Positions 37,925 to 48,382 are shown, counted from the stretch's first letter. The stretch is 64,000 nucleotides of DNA from Candidatus Hermodarchaeum yapensis (GCA_016840405.1 JAEOSK010000012.1:1-64000), one strand, 5' to 3'. Numbers and translations: made by a program. The notes: generated from the letters alone by a model not told the origin.

Positions 37925-39652
37925 ATGCGTCAACTTCGCCCTCGCTATATTGTCTTTCTCATTGGCATACTCATGATGGTCAGTGGAATTGGCATGGCAT
38001 ATGGGACTCAAACCAACCTAGGAACAGTGCAAACAACGCAATTTTATCTCATCACCAGTGAAGGTGTCCCCATCCACAGCACCTTACAAGTTCCCAATGC
38101 TGCCACGCCTGCCTCCCCATTACCTGGCGTGATTGTCATCCATGGAGTCATGGGAACCAAAGAATGGATTATGGGCTTTGGTATTGAATTGGCACGACGT
38201 GGCTTTGTCGTCTTGACCATCGATGCAGTTGGTCATGGAAATTCCGGTCCTAGCCTTGGTTCAGGAACAGATCGTGGAGGCATCGTCGCGCTCGAATTCT
38301 TGGATAGTCTCCCCTATGTGAGCACTATTGGCATGGTAGGACACAGCATGGGTTCCGGAATTGCCTCTCAAGCCATGAATGTTTCCTCCGTCCAAGTTGA
38401 TAGTTTTGTAATCGTTGGAGGCGGAGGCTTGGTCAATTCCACCTATCCCAATAACGTACTCATCGTTACGGGTTTGTATGATGAATTGTTCAACATTCCT
38501 GGAATGTTGGATGCCTTAGCCACTCCTTTCAATACCACCGCTCCAGTGATTCCCGGGCAACTCTACGGAAGTTTTGTCACAGGGACAGCACGAAAAGTTG
38601 TGATTCCCCAATCAAATCATCTGTTTGAAATCGTCGACCCCTATGCCATTAGTGAATCTGTCGACTGGCTCTTGAACAGTCTCAAAGGCTCTCCCGACGC
38701 TTATTGGATTCCTGCCCAAAACCAAATCTATCCCATATGGATTCTTGGGGGATTACTTGCCTGCATTGGTGCCATACTTTCAGTGTTAGCTCTTTTTACG
38801 ATTCTCATCCGTTTCGGGCCCTTCCGGCAAATCCAACAATCTCCCAACTCCTCGTATTTCGCTAGCACACCTGTATATCTGGGGCTAGGTCTACTCTATG
38901 GAGTCAGTGGCCTTGTTACACTATTTGCCCTATTACTGGTTGATATCCCCCTCTACTTCACTCAAGGGTTGGGATTATCTGTAGCTTTAGGACTCTTGGC
39001 AGGAGGACTGGTTACCCTCTTAATCCTCCTTGGAATCAAATTCTATCAAATCAAAAAATCCAAGAATCCTCCAACTTGGAACGACTACGGTGGATTCAAT
39101 GGCAAACCCAACCACTTAGTGAAAATAATCGGACTCGGATTTCTACTAGGCTTCATCGGCATAGCTTGGCTATACCTCTGGGTGCTTCCCGTTGACCTCC
39201 TTCTCGCCCTTGACTTCCGAGCATTTCTCCCCTTTCTCAAAGCCGTCTCACCAGTACGAGCTACCTACATCCCTGTCTACTTCTTACTGCTTCTGCCCTT
39301 CGTCTTAATCGAAGCATTATGGATCATGGGGTTGTTAAGAACTGCGCCCAGGGATAGATGGTGTACAACGCAAACCGTTTGGACTGTCAAGGCGATCTTC
39401 ATCAAAATCCTACTCTACGCTTCAATCATAATCATCCAAACCCTAGGAAGCATTGCGATTGGTAGTTCGCTCATCTCTGGGTCCATCGGCTTCCAGCTTA
39501 TCTACCTCTACATGTTCATCCCATTTTTCGCAGTGTCTACTACAGTAATCGCTTGGTCTTACCGGATTAGCAACCGCTTCTACATTGCCGTCGTCTTCAA
39601 TGCATTCCTCTTTGCTTGGCTCATGGCATCCATTCTCCCCATCTACATCTAA
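37925..39652 (+). CDS. Alpha/beta hydrolase with a C-terminal polytopic membrane domain
   Basis: HG oxyanion motif, GHSMG nucleophile elbow, D and H candidates, about 8 C-terminal TMs. Confidence 0.88.
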   Translation: MRQLRPRYIVFLIGILMMVSGIGMAYGTQTNLGTVQTTQFYLITSEGVPIHSTLQVPNAATPASPLPGVIVIHGVMGTKEWIMGFGIELARRGFVVLTIDAVGHGNSGPSLGSGTDRGGIVALEFLDSLPYVSTIGMVGHSMGSGIASQAMNVSSVQVDSFVIVGGGGLVNSTYPNNVLIVTGLYDELFNIPGMLDALATPFNTTAPVIPGQLYGSFVTGTARKVVIPQSNHLFEIVDPYAISESVDWLLNSLKGSPDAYWIPAQNQIYPIWILGGLLACIGAILSVLALFTILIRFGPFRQIQQSPNSSYFASTPVYLGLGLLYGVSGLVTLFALLLVDIPLYFTQGLGLSVALGLLAGGLVTLLILLGIKFYQIKKSKNPPTWNDYGGFNGKPNHLVKIIGLGFLLGFIGIAWLYLWVLPVDLLLALDFRAFLPFLKAVSPVRATYIPVYFLLLLPFVLIEALWIMGLLRTAPRDRWCTTQTVWTVKAIFIKILLYASIIIIQTLGSIAIGSSLISGSIGFQLIYLYMFIPFFAVSTTVIAWSYRISNRFYIAVVFNAFLFAWLMASILPIYI

Positions 39653-39733
39653 TCCAAAGGTTACAGGGGTTCTATCGCAAGGTTAAAGCAGAAGGATATC
39701 CCTCATTCACAGTGAAGACTTGGAGATCCAGAT

Positions 39734-41704
39734 ATGTCTGATGATCAGTTCTGGTTGCTAGATGCCGCCTACGACGCTGACAATGGACATGTGCAGCTCA
39801 CCTATCTCCAAACCCCTGCCCAAAAGCTGCACACGGTCCTGGCTGACTTTATTCCCTATTTCTATGCTCTTCCACCAAATCTCGGTGAGTCTGTTAAGCG
39901 AAAGGAATTGATGCAAAACGAGTTCATCGAAGTGGCTCGTATCCCACACACTTCTCGTGCACAAACGGAACGCGAATGGGAACGTGACTTGAGCCCGGAA
40001 TTGAGCTTCATCTATGATCAAAACCTCCGATTTGGAAGTCCCCATAAACAAACAGAGCAGGGACTTCAACTTGATGCCCCAATCCCACCTGACCAACTCC
40101 AAGAATTCAACACTCGGTTTGCTCAAATCGCGGAAGAGGACCCACTGAAATTTGATTTTCTCAAGGAGTTTTTTCGATACGCGATCCAACCAGTTCCCGA
40201 CCTTCCACGGGACCTTCTCGACATCAATGAGAACTTCGATGAATCACGAATCCTGTGGGGCATAATGTTAGCGCGCATCGCCAACATTCATTTCTCCCGT
40301 GCTCTCAAAAGCCGTCGTGTCTCCGACTGGATTCGTTCCATGCTGCATACAACCTATCGCCATCTCGATATTCTCATCCCCAGCCCCGAAGAACTCACAC
40401 TAGGTCATACTCCACATCGCGTTGAAGGCGCGCTCACTATTGCACCCAAACCCGGGACCTATTACAACATGACTGTCGTCGATTTCGAATCCCTGTACCC
40501 CAGCCTCATCGACCGATACAATCTCAGCTACGAAACCATGGATTGTCAACACGACGAATGCAAGACACATAGCGTTCCAGATGAACCTCATTACATTTGC
40601 ACCAATCGCCGAGGAATTTTCAGTGCACTTATCGGGGCGCTGAAAGACTTACGCATTCACTGGTTCAAACCCCTCAGCCGACAAACTGACCTACCCAAAG
40701 CAGAACGGGAGCACGCGACAACCATCTCAGATCTTCTCAAATTACTTCTCGTGAGTAGCGGAGGTGTAACAATACGCATTCGTGGACTAGCCTCCCCTCC
40801 TCTAGCTGAATCCATGATGGCCTATGGACGCTGGGCCTTACGATCTAGCTGGGATTTTGCTATTGAACATGGCATGCGCCCCATTTACGGAGATACTGAC
40901 TCGCTCTTCTTAGACCATCCAACAGCCAAACAAGTGAAATGGCTCATCGCAAAAGTGAAGGACGAACTTAAACTTCGTCTAGCTGTGGATGTCGTATACC
41001 CACTATGTGTATTCAGCTCAGCAAAGAAAGCCTACTTTGGAATACTGCCCGATGGAACACCCGACCCTAAAGGCATCACCCTAGGAAAATCGAACACTCC
41101 ACCACGGTTCCGTCAAATCTTCTTGGAAGTCGCAAAACCCCTCGTCGGAGTGGATTCTCCCAAAAAGCTAGCCAACGCTAGACCTGAAATCGTAGAAATC
41201 CTCCAACACCAAATCGCCGCTCTTCGTCATGGTGAATTTACCGTTGAAGATATGGAGTATAAGGTGAAAGTCTGGAAAGCTGAAAAAAATCTCAAAAGAG
41301 GAAGCGGGCTAGCCCAACCCTACCAAGCCATGCAACAGCTCACCGATAAGGGAATCAAAGTGAAAAAACGCGAAGAAATTGGATTCGTCAAAGTCAAGCC
41401 CTTCCGCTACGGTTCTCGCACCTTTAGTGTCAAACCCACACGCATGGCAACTCGTCACGAAATTGATGTCCCAGACTATATCCGCAAACTTGAGATGGCG
41501 TTCGAACAGGTTCTTGCCCCCCTTCAAATCGAATTTCCCAAGAAACGGTCACAAGGACTTGATTCATTTCTTTCAGAAGCTCAGCACGAACCTTTTACTA
41601 CTGATGAAAGCGAATCAGACTCCTCTGGTCGATGGGATTCAAAGGATCAACAGAAACGACTGCAAGATTTTGTAGAGTCTAATGACTTCGACAATACCGG
41701 TTAG
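39734..41704 (+). CDS. Family B DNA polymerase, PolB1-derived, lacking the 3'-5' exonuclease domain
   Basis: DFESLYPS, YGDTDS, KKAYFG; PolB1-like N-terminus; no ExoI-III motifs; 656 aa. Confidence 0.9.
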   Translation: MSDDQFWLLDAAYDADNGHVQLTYLQTPAQKLHTVLADFIPYFYALPPNLGESVKRKELMQNEFIEVARIPHTSRAQTEREWERDLSPELSFIYDQNLRFGSPHKQTEQGLQLDAPIPPDQLQEFNTRFAQIAEEDPLKFDFLKEFFRYAIQPVPDLPRDLLDINENFDESRILWGIMLARIANIHFSRALKSRRVSDWIRSMLHTTYRHLDILIPSPEELTLGHTPHRVEGALTIAPKPGTYYNMTVVDFESLYPSLIDRYNLSYETMDCQHDECKTHSVPDEPHYICTNRRGIFSALIGALKDLRIHWFKPLSRQTDLPKAEREHATTISDLLKLLLVSSGGVTIRIRGLASPPLAESMMAYGRWALRSSWDFAIEHGMRPIYGDTDSLFLDHPTAKQVKWLIAKVKDELKLRLAVDVVYPLCVFSSAKKAYFGILPDGTPDPKGITLGKSNTPPRFRQIFLEVAKPLVGVDSPKKLANARPEIVEILQHQIAALRHGEFTVEDMEYKVKVWKAEKNLKRGSGLAQPYQAMQQLTDKGIKVKKREEIGFVKVKPFRYGSRTFSVKPTRMATRHEIDVPDYIRKLEMAFEQVLAPLQIEFPKKRSQGLDSFLSEAQHEPFTTDESESDSSGRWDSKDQQKRLQDFVESNDFDNTG

Positions 41705-41792
41705 CTCAAACAGGTTTCTAATCATTACGTTTAAACTAGTTTATACGTAAAAATAGTAAACTTTTATATACAACCACCCGTAAACGAAAAGT

Positions 41793-42581
41793 ATGGTGGA
41801 GATTCGTTTTCTTGGCACCGTCGAAACGGTCCTAAAAAATCGTAGACAACTCTTCGCCAACATCCATGACAAACGCAACCTGAAGAACTATTTCATCGAT
41901 TTTCAGGTGGCCATCTTTCTCTTCTCCTTCATTTATGGCGCTTCCATGGGCTTCTTTTCCGGACTTGGAATCCAAGTCTTATACTCTGCGCTGAAAATCC
42001 CTCTCTTACTCTTTCTCACACTGTACATCTGTGTTCCTACGTTTTATGTTCTCGATAGCTTGTCAGGAGGAGCTTTGTCCTTTCGGCAAATGCTCACCAT
42101 CCTCCTTGCTGGATTCACCATCATGGCCACTATTCTTGTTGCATTTCTTCCAGTGACTGCCTTTTTCCTTCTCACAACATCGGACTATTCCTTCATCGTG
42201 CTGCTCACATTAGCGGTCTTTGCCCTTGGAGGCATAGGTGCTGTCATCTATTTCCTTCAAGGATACTTCACAATTTACCGGCTCGAAACCGAAACTGGTC
42301 CCCAAATCACAGATTCCGGAAAGTGTCCCCAATGCGGACGAAAAATCAAGGAAGACCAAGCCTTCTGCCCCTCATGTGGAACCCGAATCATGTATGATGG
42401 CGACAAAGGGTTCCGCGCATCATCGCTTCCCATTCTCATTGGCGTATTCGTTCTAATCTTCGTTGGCACTCAGCTGGCATGGATTCTTAGACCCTATTTC
42501 CATTTCTATCCCTTCTTCATCCGACCCCTAGGAGGGAACTTCTACCTCGCAATGCTAGAACTAATCTTTCCATGGCTGTAA
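41793..42581 (+). CDS. Yip1-like membrane protein with an inserted double zinc ribbon
   Basis: 5-6 TMs; CPQCG-x8-FCPSCG insert; VGTQLAWILRP. Confidence 0.7.
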   Translation: MVEIRFLGTVETVLKNRRQLFANIHDKRNLKNYFIDFQVAIFLFSFIYGASMGFFSGLGIQVLYSALKIPLLLFLTLYICVPTFYVLDSLSGGALSFRQMLTILLAGFTIMATILVAFLPVTAFFLLTTSDYSFIVLLTLAVFALGGIGAVIYFLQGYFTIYRLETETGPQITDSGKCPQCGRKIKEDQAFCPSCGTRIMYDGDKGFRASSLPILIGVFVLIFVGTQLAWILRPYFHFYPFFIRPLGGNFYLAMLELIFPWL

Positions 42582-42604
42582 TGCAAACAGGGATCTAAGA
42601 ATTG

Positions 42605-43474
42605 TTAGCTGAGTTCCCCATCTTTTTCCACCGGGTTTCTGAGAATCCCGATGCCGTCAATCTCGGCTTCGACCACATCACCCGGCTGTAGAAACACCGG
42701 CTTGGGTTTCACCTTGAATCCCACACCAGCGGGCGTGCCCGTCGCAATGACATCTCCTGGTTCCAATGTCATGACTTGAGAAATATCTGCAATCAGTTCT
42801 GCTACCGAAAATACCATGTTAGCCGTGGAACTATTTTGACGCGTTTTCCCGTTGAGTCGCAGTTGCATCTGCAAATCTTGGGGATCTTGAATCTGGTCTG
42901 GGAGCGTCAGACATGGACCCATGGGTGCAAAGGTATCGAAGCTCTTGCCCCGGAACCATTGTCCATCCCGGAATTGATAATCGCGAGCCGACACATCGTT
43001 GAAGACTGTATATCCCCCCACATAATCCAAAGCTGTATCAACAGGGATATTGTGTCCGCTTTTGCCAATTACCACGCCTAATTCAACTTCATAATCAATT
43101 TGTGATGCTCCATCCGGAATGATGATGTTCGCTCCATGTCCAATGGTTGCAGTGGGTGGCTTGGAAAACAAGATTGGCGCTTCGGGTAACTGTTGTCCTG
43201 TTTCTTCCGCATGATCCCGATAGTTGAGACCAATCGCAATAATTTTCGTAGGGCGAGGAATCGGGGCTAACAGGGTCATTTCATCGATGGGTTGGGCATC
43301 AATCCGACCTTTCAAAGCGGCCTCAATCGAATTTTCTAACGAATTATCATTGAATAACGAGATAATATCAGGGATACCTGGAGTTGGTACTACCTCTCCA
43401 TCATCAATACAACCAACCCGGGGACCAGCATCTGTCGCGTAGGTGACCAGCTTCACCTGAAGAATTCTCTCCAA
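42605..43474 (-). CDS. Fumarylacetoacetate hydrolase family protein
   Basis: IGLNYRDH, DYEVEL, NDVSARD, GKSFDTF, GDVIATGTPAGVG; likely start GTG 43456. Confidence 0.95.
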   Translation of the reverse strand: MERILQVKLVTYATDAGPRVGCIDDGEVVPTPGIPDIISLFNDNSLENSIEAALKGRIDAQPIDEMTLLAPIPRPTKIIAIGLNYRDHAEETGQQLPEAPILFSKPPTATIGHGANIIIPDGASQIDYEVELGVVIGKSGHNIPVDTALDYVGGYTVFNDVSARDYQFRDGQWFRGKSFDTFAPMGPCLTLPDQIQDPQDLQMQLRLNGKTRQNSSTANMVFSVAELIADISQVMTLEPGDVIATGTPAGVGFKVKPKPVFLQPGDVVEAEIDGIGILRNPVEKDGELS

Positions 43475-43577
43475 TTAGAACGTGACTTCAACTAACCTGT
43501 TAAATTCCACACTTCAACCCTAAAAGATTGACTCTATTACAGGATTCATCCGACAAAATTCCTCTCACATTGCTGCT

Positions 43578-44024
43578 TTATTCGCCACACCGGAAGAAAA
43601 GCCACCCATCCTTCACCTTCTGAAATCGGATTAGACAGTACTGTCCTTTCAATCGCTTACCATTAAGAACAACGATGATTTCCTTCTCTTCCCATTTTAC
43701 CGTATCATAAGTTCCCTGATCCCACAGCTCAACCGTTCCTGCTCCGTATTCTCCCTCAGGAATCACTCCCGAAAAGGAAGCATATTCCATGGGGTGGTCC
43801 TCAGTTTGAATTGCTAATCGGCGTACGCCTTTCTTAGTTGGAGGTTCTTTTGGAACTGCCCAGCTTATGAGGACACCGTCACGTTCTAATCGGAAATCCC
43901 AGTGTAGGTTCTGGGCTTCATGGCGCTGGATGACATAAATCTGGTTGCTTCCTGGTTGAATCTTTGGTTCGGGTTCCGTGGTTTTTTTGAAGTCTCGTTT
44001 TTTCCGATATTCGTCAAGGCTCAT
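43578..44024 (-). CDS. Stand-alone LigD-type 3'-phosphoesterase (PE) domain
   Basis: SLDEYRKKRDF..TTEP, VIQRHEA..LHWDFRLE, SWAVPK, RLAIQTEDHP.EY, YGAG.V..WD.G. Confidence 0.92.
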   Translation of the reverse strand: MSLDEYRKKRDFKKTTEPEPKIQPGSNQIYVIQRHEAQNLHWDFRLERDGVLISWAVPKEPPTKKGVRRLAIQTEDHPMEYASFSGVIPEGEYGAGTVELWDQGTYDTVKWEEKEIIVVLNGKRLKGQYCLIRFQKVKDGWLFFRCGE

Positions 44025-44034
44025 GTTCTATCTC

Positions 44035-44964
44035 TCACTTTGTTTTGTGGGTGAAGAGCCATTCAGCCAGACCTGTGCCGGTTTGTTCTAACTCTTCGCA
44101 TTCATGAGTAACCATTTCTTCGAAGAGTTCCGTTTCTCCACCCTTAAATGGTCGTGCATATCGGGCAAAAGTTACTGGATGGATGAGCTGAGAGTGAATG
44201 GTGAAGGTTCGACCCTTCTTATCTTTGAGTTGAGTCTGGGCCTTGATTGGTTTTCTTATGGTTCCTTCTTCAAATTCAGTTTCAAGTTGAATTTTGACAA
44301 GTGGGGTAGTTTCGGTTGCTAAACTGACGCATCCTGAGAGATGTCCTTTGCCTTTGACGGTGTCATACCGTAGTCCAATCATGAGGTCATCAAATTGGGC
44401 TTGGAGGGCGAACCATTCATCGATATGCCAGTTTCGGCGTCCCCAGCTTTTGTCCCGTTGTCCATACCCTTTGAAGTGATGGGTGCGGCCATCTGGGTAT
44501 TCGATGTGTCCTGTGATGGTTCCTGATTGTTCGAGGTGCCGTCCCCAACTGGTTCCACTTCCTCTGCCAAAATCATAGGCAGGGAATCGACTACGCCATT
44601 GGATTTCAGCGGATATTCGTGGACTTTGATAATGGATGCGCCAATCCGTGAAGGGGTTGACGAGTTCATAGCTGAGTTGTCCATCGTTCAAAGCCTGGTA
44701 GAAATCCTTAGGGATCGGACCTTCAGGTTCGGTGAGGTAGAACTCGGGAGTATCTTGAACGAACAGGGCGAAGACAAATTCGCGTTTAGGGGCGTTTGGG
44801 ACAATGCCGATTGTGGAAAAACCGCTTACTTGGGCTTGGAGGTCTACCCAGTTGAAGTAGAAGCTCTCCCGCCAATCTTTGTGTTTGGTGGGTTTGTGCA
44901 AATAATCATCGTGGTCGGTAAAGCCCTTCATTTTCACTTTACTCCATGAGGGCACAATATCCAT
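44035..44964 (-). CDS. Hypothetical beta-rich protein (tocopherol cyclase/CrtC-like fold suspected)
   Basis: WRESFYF, HLEQSG, GQRDKSWGRRNW motifs. Confidence 0.65.
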   Translation of the reverse strand: MDIVPSWSKVKMKGFTDHDDYLHKPTKHKDWRESFYFNWVDLQAQVSGFSTIGIVPNAPKREFVFALFVQDTPEFYLTEPEGPIPKDFYQALNDGQLSYELVNPFTDWRIHYQSPRISAEIQWRSRFPAYDFGRGSGTSWGRHLEQSGTITGHIEYPDGRTHHFKGYGQRDKSWGRRNWHIDEWFALQAQFDDLMIGLRYDTVKGKGHLSGCVSLATETTPLVKIQLETEFEEGTIRKPIKAQTQLKDKKGRTFTIHSQLIHPVTFARYARPFKGGETELFEEMVTHECEELEQTGTGLAEWLFTHKTK

Positions 44965-44994
44965 AGTGTGTGGACGTTTTCATTTTCTTTACCT

Positions 44995-46155
44995 TCAATG
45001 TTCCGGTAAATAGTAAAACGTTGGGTCCTTGGCTCGTTCGTCGGGTGGACGAAACATTCGGGCGAAGGCGTTGTCTCCATCATGTTCCATGAAGTAGGGG
45101 ACATATTCTTCCATGGAATGTGGCGTGAGATCCCAAGTGATTTGGTTGGTGATGCCAACTTGGTTGGTGAACCGGGCGAACCCTCGCATATAGGCTTTGG
45201 CTCCAGCGATGAGCCGCTGTTGTTTATCCCATTCAGCGAAGCGCATGAATAATTCTTGTTGTGCGGCATCTGCTGCTTCGCCATAAGCTGACAGCTCATC
45301 TAGTCCAATGATTGCGAGTTTTGAGCCTTTTTTGGTGTATGCCATCATGCTTGTTACATGGTCTCCGTATTCTGCTGGATCATGGCTAATGGTTCCCACA
45401 TCGATGGCTTTGGCTTTCATATCTTTGAGTGTCATGGCGATGCCTAAGGTGGACGTGGGGAGTTTTGTTTCGGTTTCGGACCAGGGGAGCCAGAGGTCTT
45501 CGTGGCCATCGTGTAAATGTGTATATTCGGTGATGACTAAGATTTCCTCACTATTGATTGGATAGGGGCCATGTTCGATGATTTTGGCTCGGGCTTCACA
45601 TTCATCCATAAAGGCGTAGAGGTCAACGGCTCCAATGGCCTTACGGAACCCGCTGACTTGTTGAGGTTTGACAGGTTCAAGGTGATCCTGTAACCATGAG
45701 CGGACCTCTTCGCCAAAGGCAAGGTTAACGTATCCTGCTGATTCGACAGTTGGATTTCCAGAGGTAAAATAATGGGTTCCCAAGCGATACCAATTTTCTA
45801 GTATGAATCGCCACTGATCCTGCTTATCTTTCGGTTCTTTATCCGGGTCACTGTCGCATTGGTTGAAAATTACTCCCATCCGACCGAGACCATAGTAGAG
45901 CCACTGATAGGTAATGGATAGGGCGTGGATTTCAGAAAGAAGTGTTTTGCTCTTTGCTGCTAATTCCTCTGGTGTGATGCGGTCCCAGACTTGTTTCATG
46001 ATGTCATATTGGGTTTCATAAGTATTGTAGCAGGCAAGTGAGATATAGGCGTTAACGGGGAACAGTTGAGACTCCAGTAGTCCCCGTTCAAGCAGGATAT
46101 TCGTAAACACGTCAGAGAGATGAGCGATCTGTTTATTGATAGCTTGGAGATCCAA
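44995..46155 (-). CDS. Hypothetical protein
   Basis: 386-aa ORF with a GGTGA SD; co-oriented with the downstream genes. Confidence 0.75.
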   Translation of the reverse strand: MDLQAINKQIAHLSDVFTNILLERGLLESQLFPVNAYISLACYNTYETQYDIMKQVWDRITPEELAAKSKTLLSEIHALSITYQWLYYGLGRMGVIFNQCDSDPDKEPKDKQDQWRFILENWYRLGTHYFTSGNPTVESAGYVNLAFGEEVRSWLQDHLEPVKPQQVSGFRKAIGAVDLYAFMDECEARAKIIEHGPYPINSEEILVITEYTHLHDGHEDLWLPWSETETKLPTSTLGIAMTLKDMKAKAIDVGTISHDPAEYGDHVTSMMAYTKKGSKLAIIGLDELSAYGEAADAAQQELFMRFAEWDKQQRLIAGAKAYMRGFARFTNQVGITNQITWDLTPHSMEEYVPYFMEHDGDNAFARMFRPPDERAKDPTFYYLPEH

Positions 46156-46242
46156 TGCACGTCACCACTAATGGCTAGTTCTCGTACTGTGTATCCAAGT
46201 TATACAAAAACGCTTTAATCTGTTCAAAATCGGATAAAGGGT

Positions 46243-46749
46243 CTAGGGTTTTTTCTTCCTTTTTGGTCTGTTTTGTTCGCGGAGTTCACGTCGTTTCAGA
46301 TAGATTGGTATGACACATACGAGTCCCCCGATGATGCCAAGAATTGCGCCGAGGAAATGGAATACTCCGGGGAAGAAATACACGCCATACACTAACCAAA
46401 CGCCCACGATAATAACGGGAATTGAAAAGAAGAGGGCAAGATATCCTCCAAGGACGGGGTTATCCCAATATGAAATGATTCCGGAAACAATCATACAAAT
46501 CGCACTAAATATCACGGCCACAATGGCGATGAGTATCATATCAGCCAGTGTCCTGTATAGTGGTTGAAATTCTGGTGGTATGGTGCCAATTAATGTCAGA
46601 AAGTCCAAGACAAAAAGGTAAATGGAAATTTGGGCGATAATTACCATGATTCCGCCTAGAATTTGAAGGAGGCCACCGATCGCTGAAACCAATGAGGTTT
46701 GTTTTCTTTTAAACATGGCAGGGAGTCCTTCCAATGCGTTATTGGTCAC
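46243..46749 (-). CDS. Four-TM membrane protein with a basic tail
   Basis: Hydrophobicity pattern. Confidence 0.7.
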   Translation of the reverse strand: MTNNALEGLPAMFKRKQTSLVSAIGGLLQILGGIMVIIAQISIYLFVLDFLTLIGTIPPEFQPLYRTLADMILIAIVAVIFSAICMIVSGIISYWDNPVLGGYLALFFSIPVIIVGVWLVYGVYFFPGVFHFLGAILGIIGGLVCVIPIYLKRRELREQNRPKRKKKP

Positions 46750-46788
46750 TGTCTCAGTTTATTCCCTTAAATGTCCCGATTGGGTAAC

Positions 46789-48207
46789 TTACTTCGCTTC
46801 AGTGCGATTTTTCATTTTTTGGTGGACTTGTTTCGATCTGAGTAGTCGAAACCCTAGCCAGACCGTTATAATACTTACGAGGAGTGGAAGTACAATCGTC
46901 AGGACAATCCAAGAAATCCTTTGAAGCATGTTTTGATTTACATCACCAGGAATTCGGACGAGCAAAACATCCCAACCCGATTCAGCAGAATAGGTGGCTC
47001 CCGTGATGGCGAATCCCCGGTCACGACATTCTATTAGCGAGTATCCTCTATCATGTTGACTTCCGCCAAAGGTCCAATTCAACAGAACTTCACCTGATGA
47101 ACTAGCCATGATGAATGAAATATCATTGAAGCCTGACCGTAAAATTGCACTACCTGTTAGAGCTAACTGACCTGACCAAGTCTCGGTAATGGATTGAGCC
47201 GACTCGTCATAAGCACCACCAAAACTTGTATTCCAAATCATTGTCCCATAGGGGTTTGTACGTACCAACCAAATGTCATTATCAACATTTCCTATGCTTC
47301 GAATTCCGCCTGCCAGTGCAAAACCTCTGTCCCGACATTCTACTAGTCCACGACAGAAATAAGACCCTGCGCCACCATAAGTCTCGTTCCATAACAAATT
47401 TCCATCTACATCTGTTCGAAGTAACACGGTATCTGCAAGGTTTACGGGATCATTACTGCCTAGAAATGCAAATCCTCCATCCCAGCATTCTACAAGCGTA
47501 TCATCATTATACGGAGGCGAGGTCTCATAAGTCTGATTCCATAAAGGATTTCCATCGTCGTCGAGACGAAGTAGCCAGGCTTGCGTATACTCAATTCTAC
47601 CAATGAGGGCAAATCCACCTACTCGACAGCGAATAATTGTATAACCTACATCATCATAGCCACTATCAAAAGTTTGATTCCAAAGCAAGTTCCCCCGATA
47701 ATCTATCCTGACCAGAAACATATCCATTGACTCTGGTGCCACTGTGTATCCCAGAATAGCAAAACCCCCATCAGGACACTCGACAATATCATACCCTTCA
47801 TCAAAGCTTTCACCACCAAAACTCGAACGCCAAAGGAGATTCCCCGTCTCATCTACACGAAGCACAAATAGGTTGAATAGCAAATCTGATGCATCCAAAC
47901 CCTGTTGAGTTGTACCAGTGATAGCATAACCACCCGTCTGACATTCCACAATAGCACGGCCAAGATCAAATGAAGACTGACTAAAGGTCCGGTTCCAAAT
48001 CTGCTCAGGACGCAAGTTCAGGGCGATTTTCTGAATAGATGGCCTCTCACTCAATGGAAAGGATTGATAGGGTTGTTGGAGTTTGGGGTTTAAGTTTGCA
48101 GGATCGATGTAATGCTTGTAAGGCACTAGGGTCAAGGTTATTAAGAATAGTAAGAAACCGATTGTGATGGGATGGAAAGCATTATCGGACAAGCTAGAGT
48201 CATCCAC
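46789..48207 (-). CDS. Secreted beta-propeller-like repeat protein with C-terminal TM anchor
   Basis: About 7 repeats of the type L.R.D..GN.LWN.T(F/Y)GG..D....(I/L)VEC.DGG(F/Y)A. Confidence 0.82.
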   Translation of the reverse strand: MDDSSLSDNAFHPITIGFLLFLITLTLVPYKHYIDPANLNPKLQQPYQSFPLSERPSIQKIALNLRPEQIWNRTFSQSSFDLGRAIVECQTGGYAITGTTQQGLDASDLLFNLFVLRVDETGNLLWRSSFGGESFDEGYDIVECPDGGFAILGYTVAPESMDMFLVRIDYRGNLLWNQTFDSGYDDVGYTIIRCRVGGFALIGRIEYTQAWLLRLDDDGNPLWNQTYETSPPYNDDTLVECWDGGFAFLGSNDPVNLADTVLLRTDVDGNLLWNETYGGAGSYFCRGLVECRDRGFALAGGIRSIGNVDNDIWLVRTNPYGTMIWNTSFGGAYDESAQSITETWSGQLALTGSAILRSGFNDISFIMASSSGEVLLNWTFGGSQHDRGYSLIECRDRGFAITGATYSAESGWDVLLVRIPGDVNQNMLQRISWIVLTIVLPLLVSIITVWLGFRLLRSKQVHQKMKNRTEAK

Positions 48208-48382
48208 TGAAAATTATGTTTGGAACTCCTTTTGCTCCCATAAGAGAATTCCCATATGGGTAAAATCTGAACCACATGTATTGTAATTATTCTTCTTCGA
48301 TTCGCACTTTGCATTTTCCCGAACCCCACGGTTCCCATGAATAAATAACAGACCCCGTGAGGGGGTACCATAGGAAAACGAA

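Noticed and set aside
48353-48364. CCCC-GTGA-GGGG GNRA hairpin, and similar short hairpins at about 59810-59890
   Set aside because: Too short to distinguish from chance without conservation data
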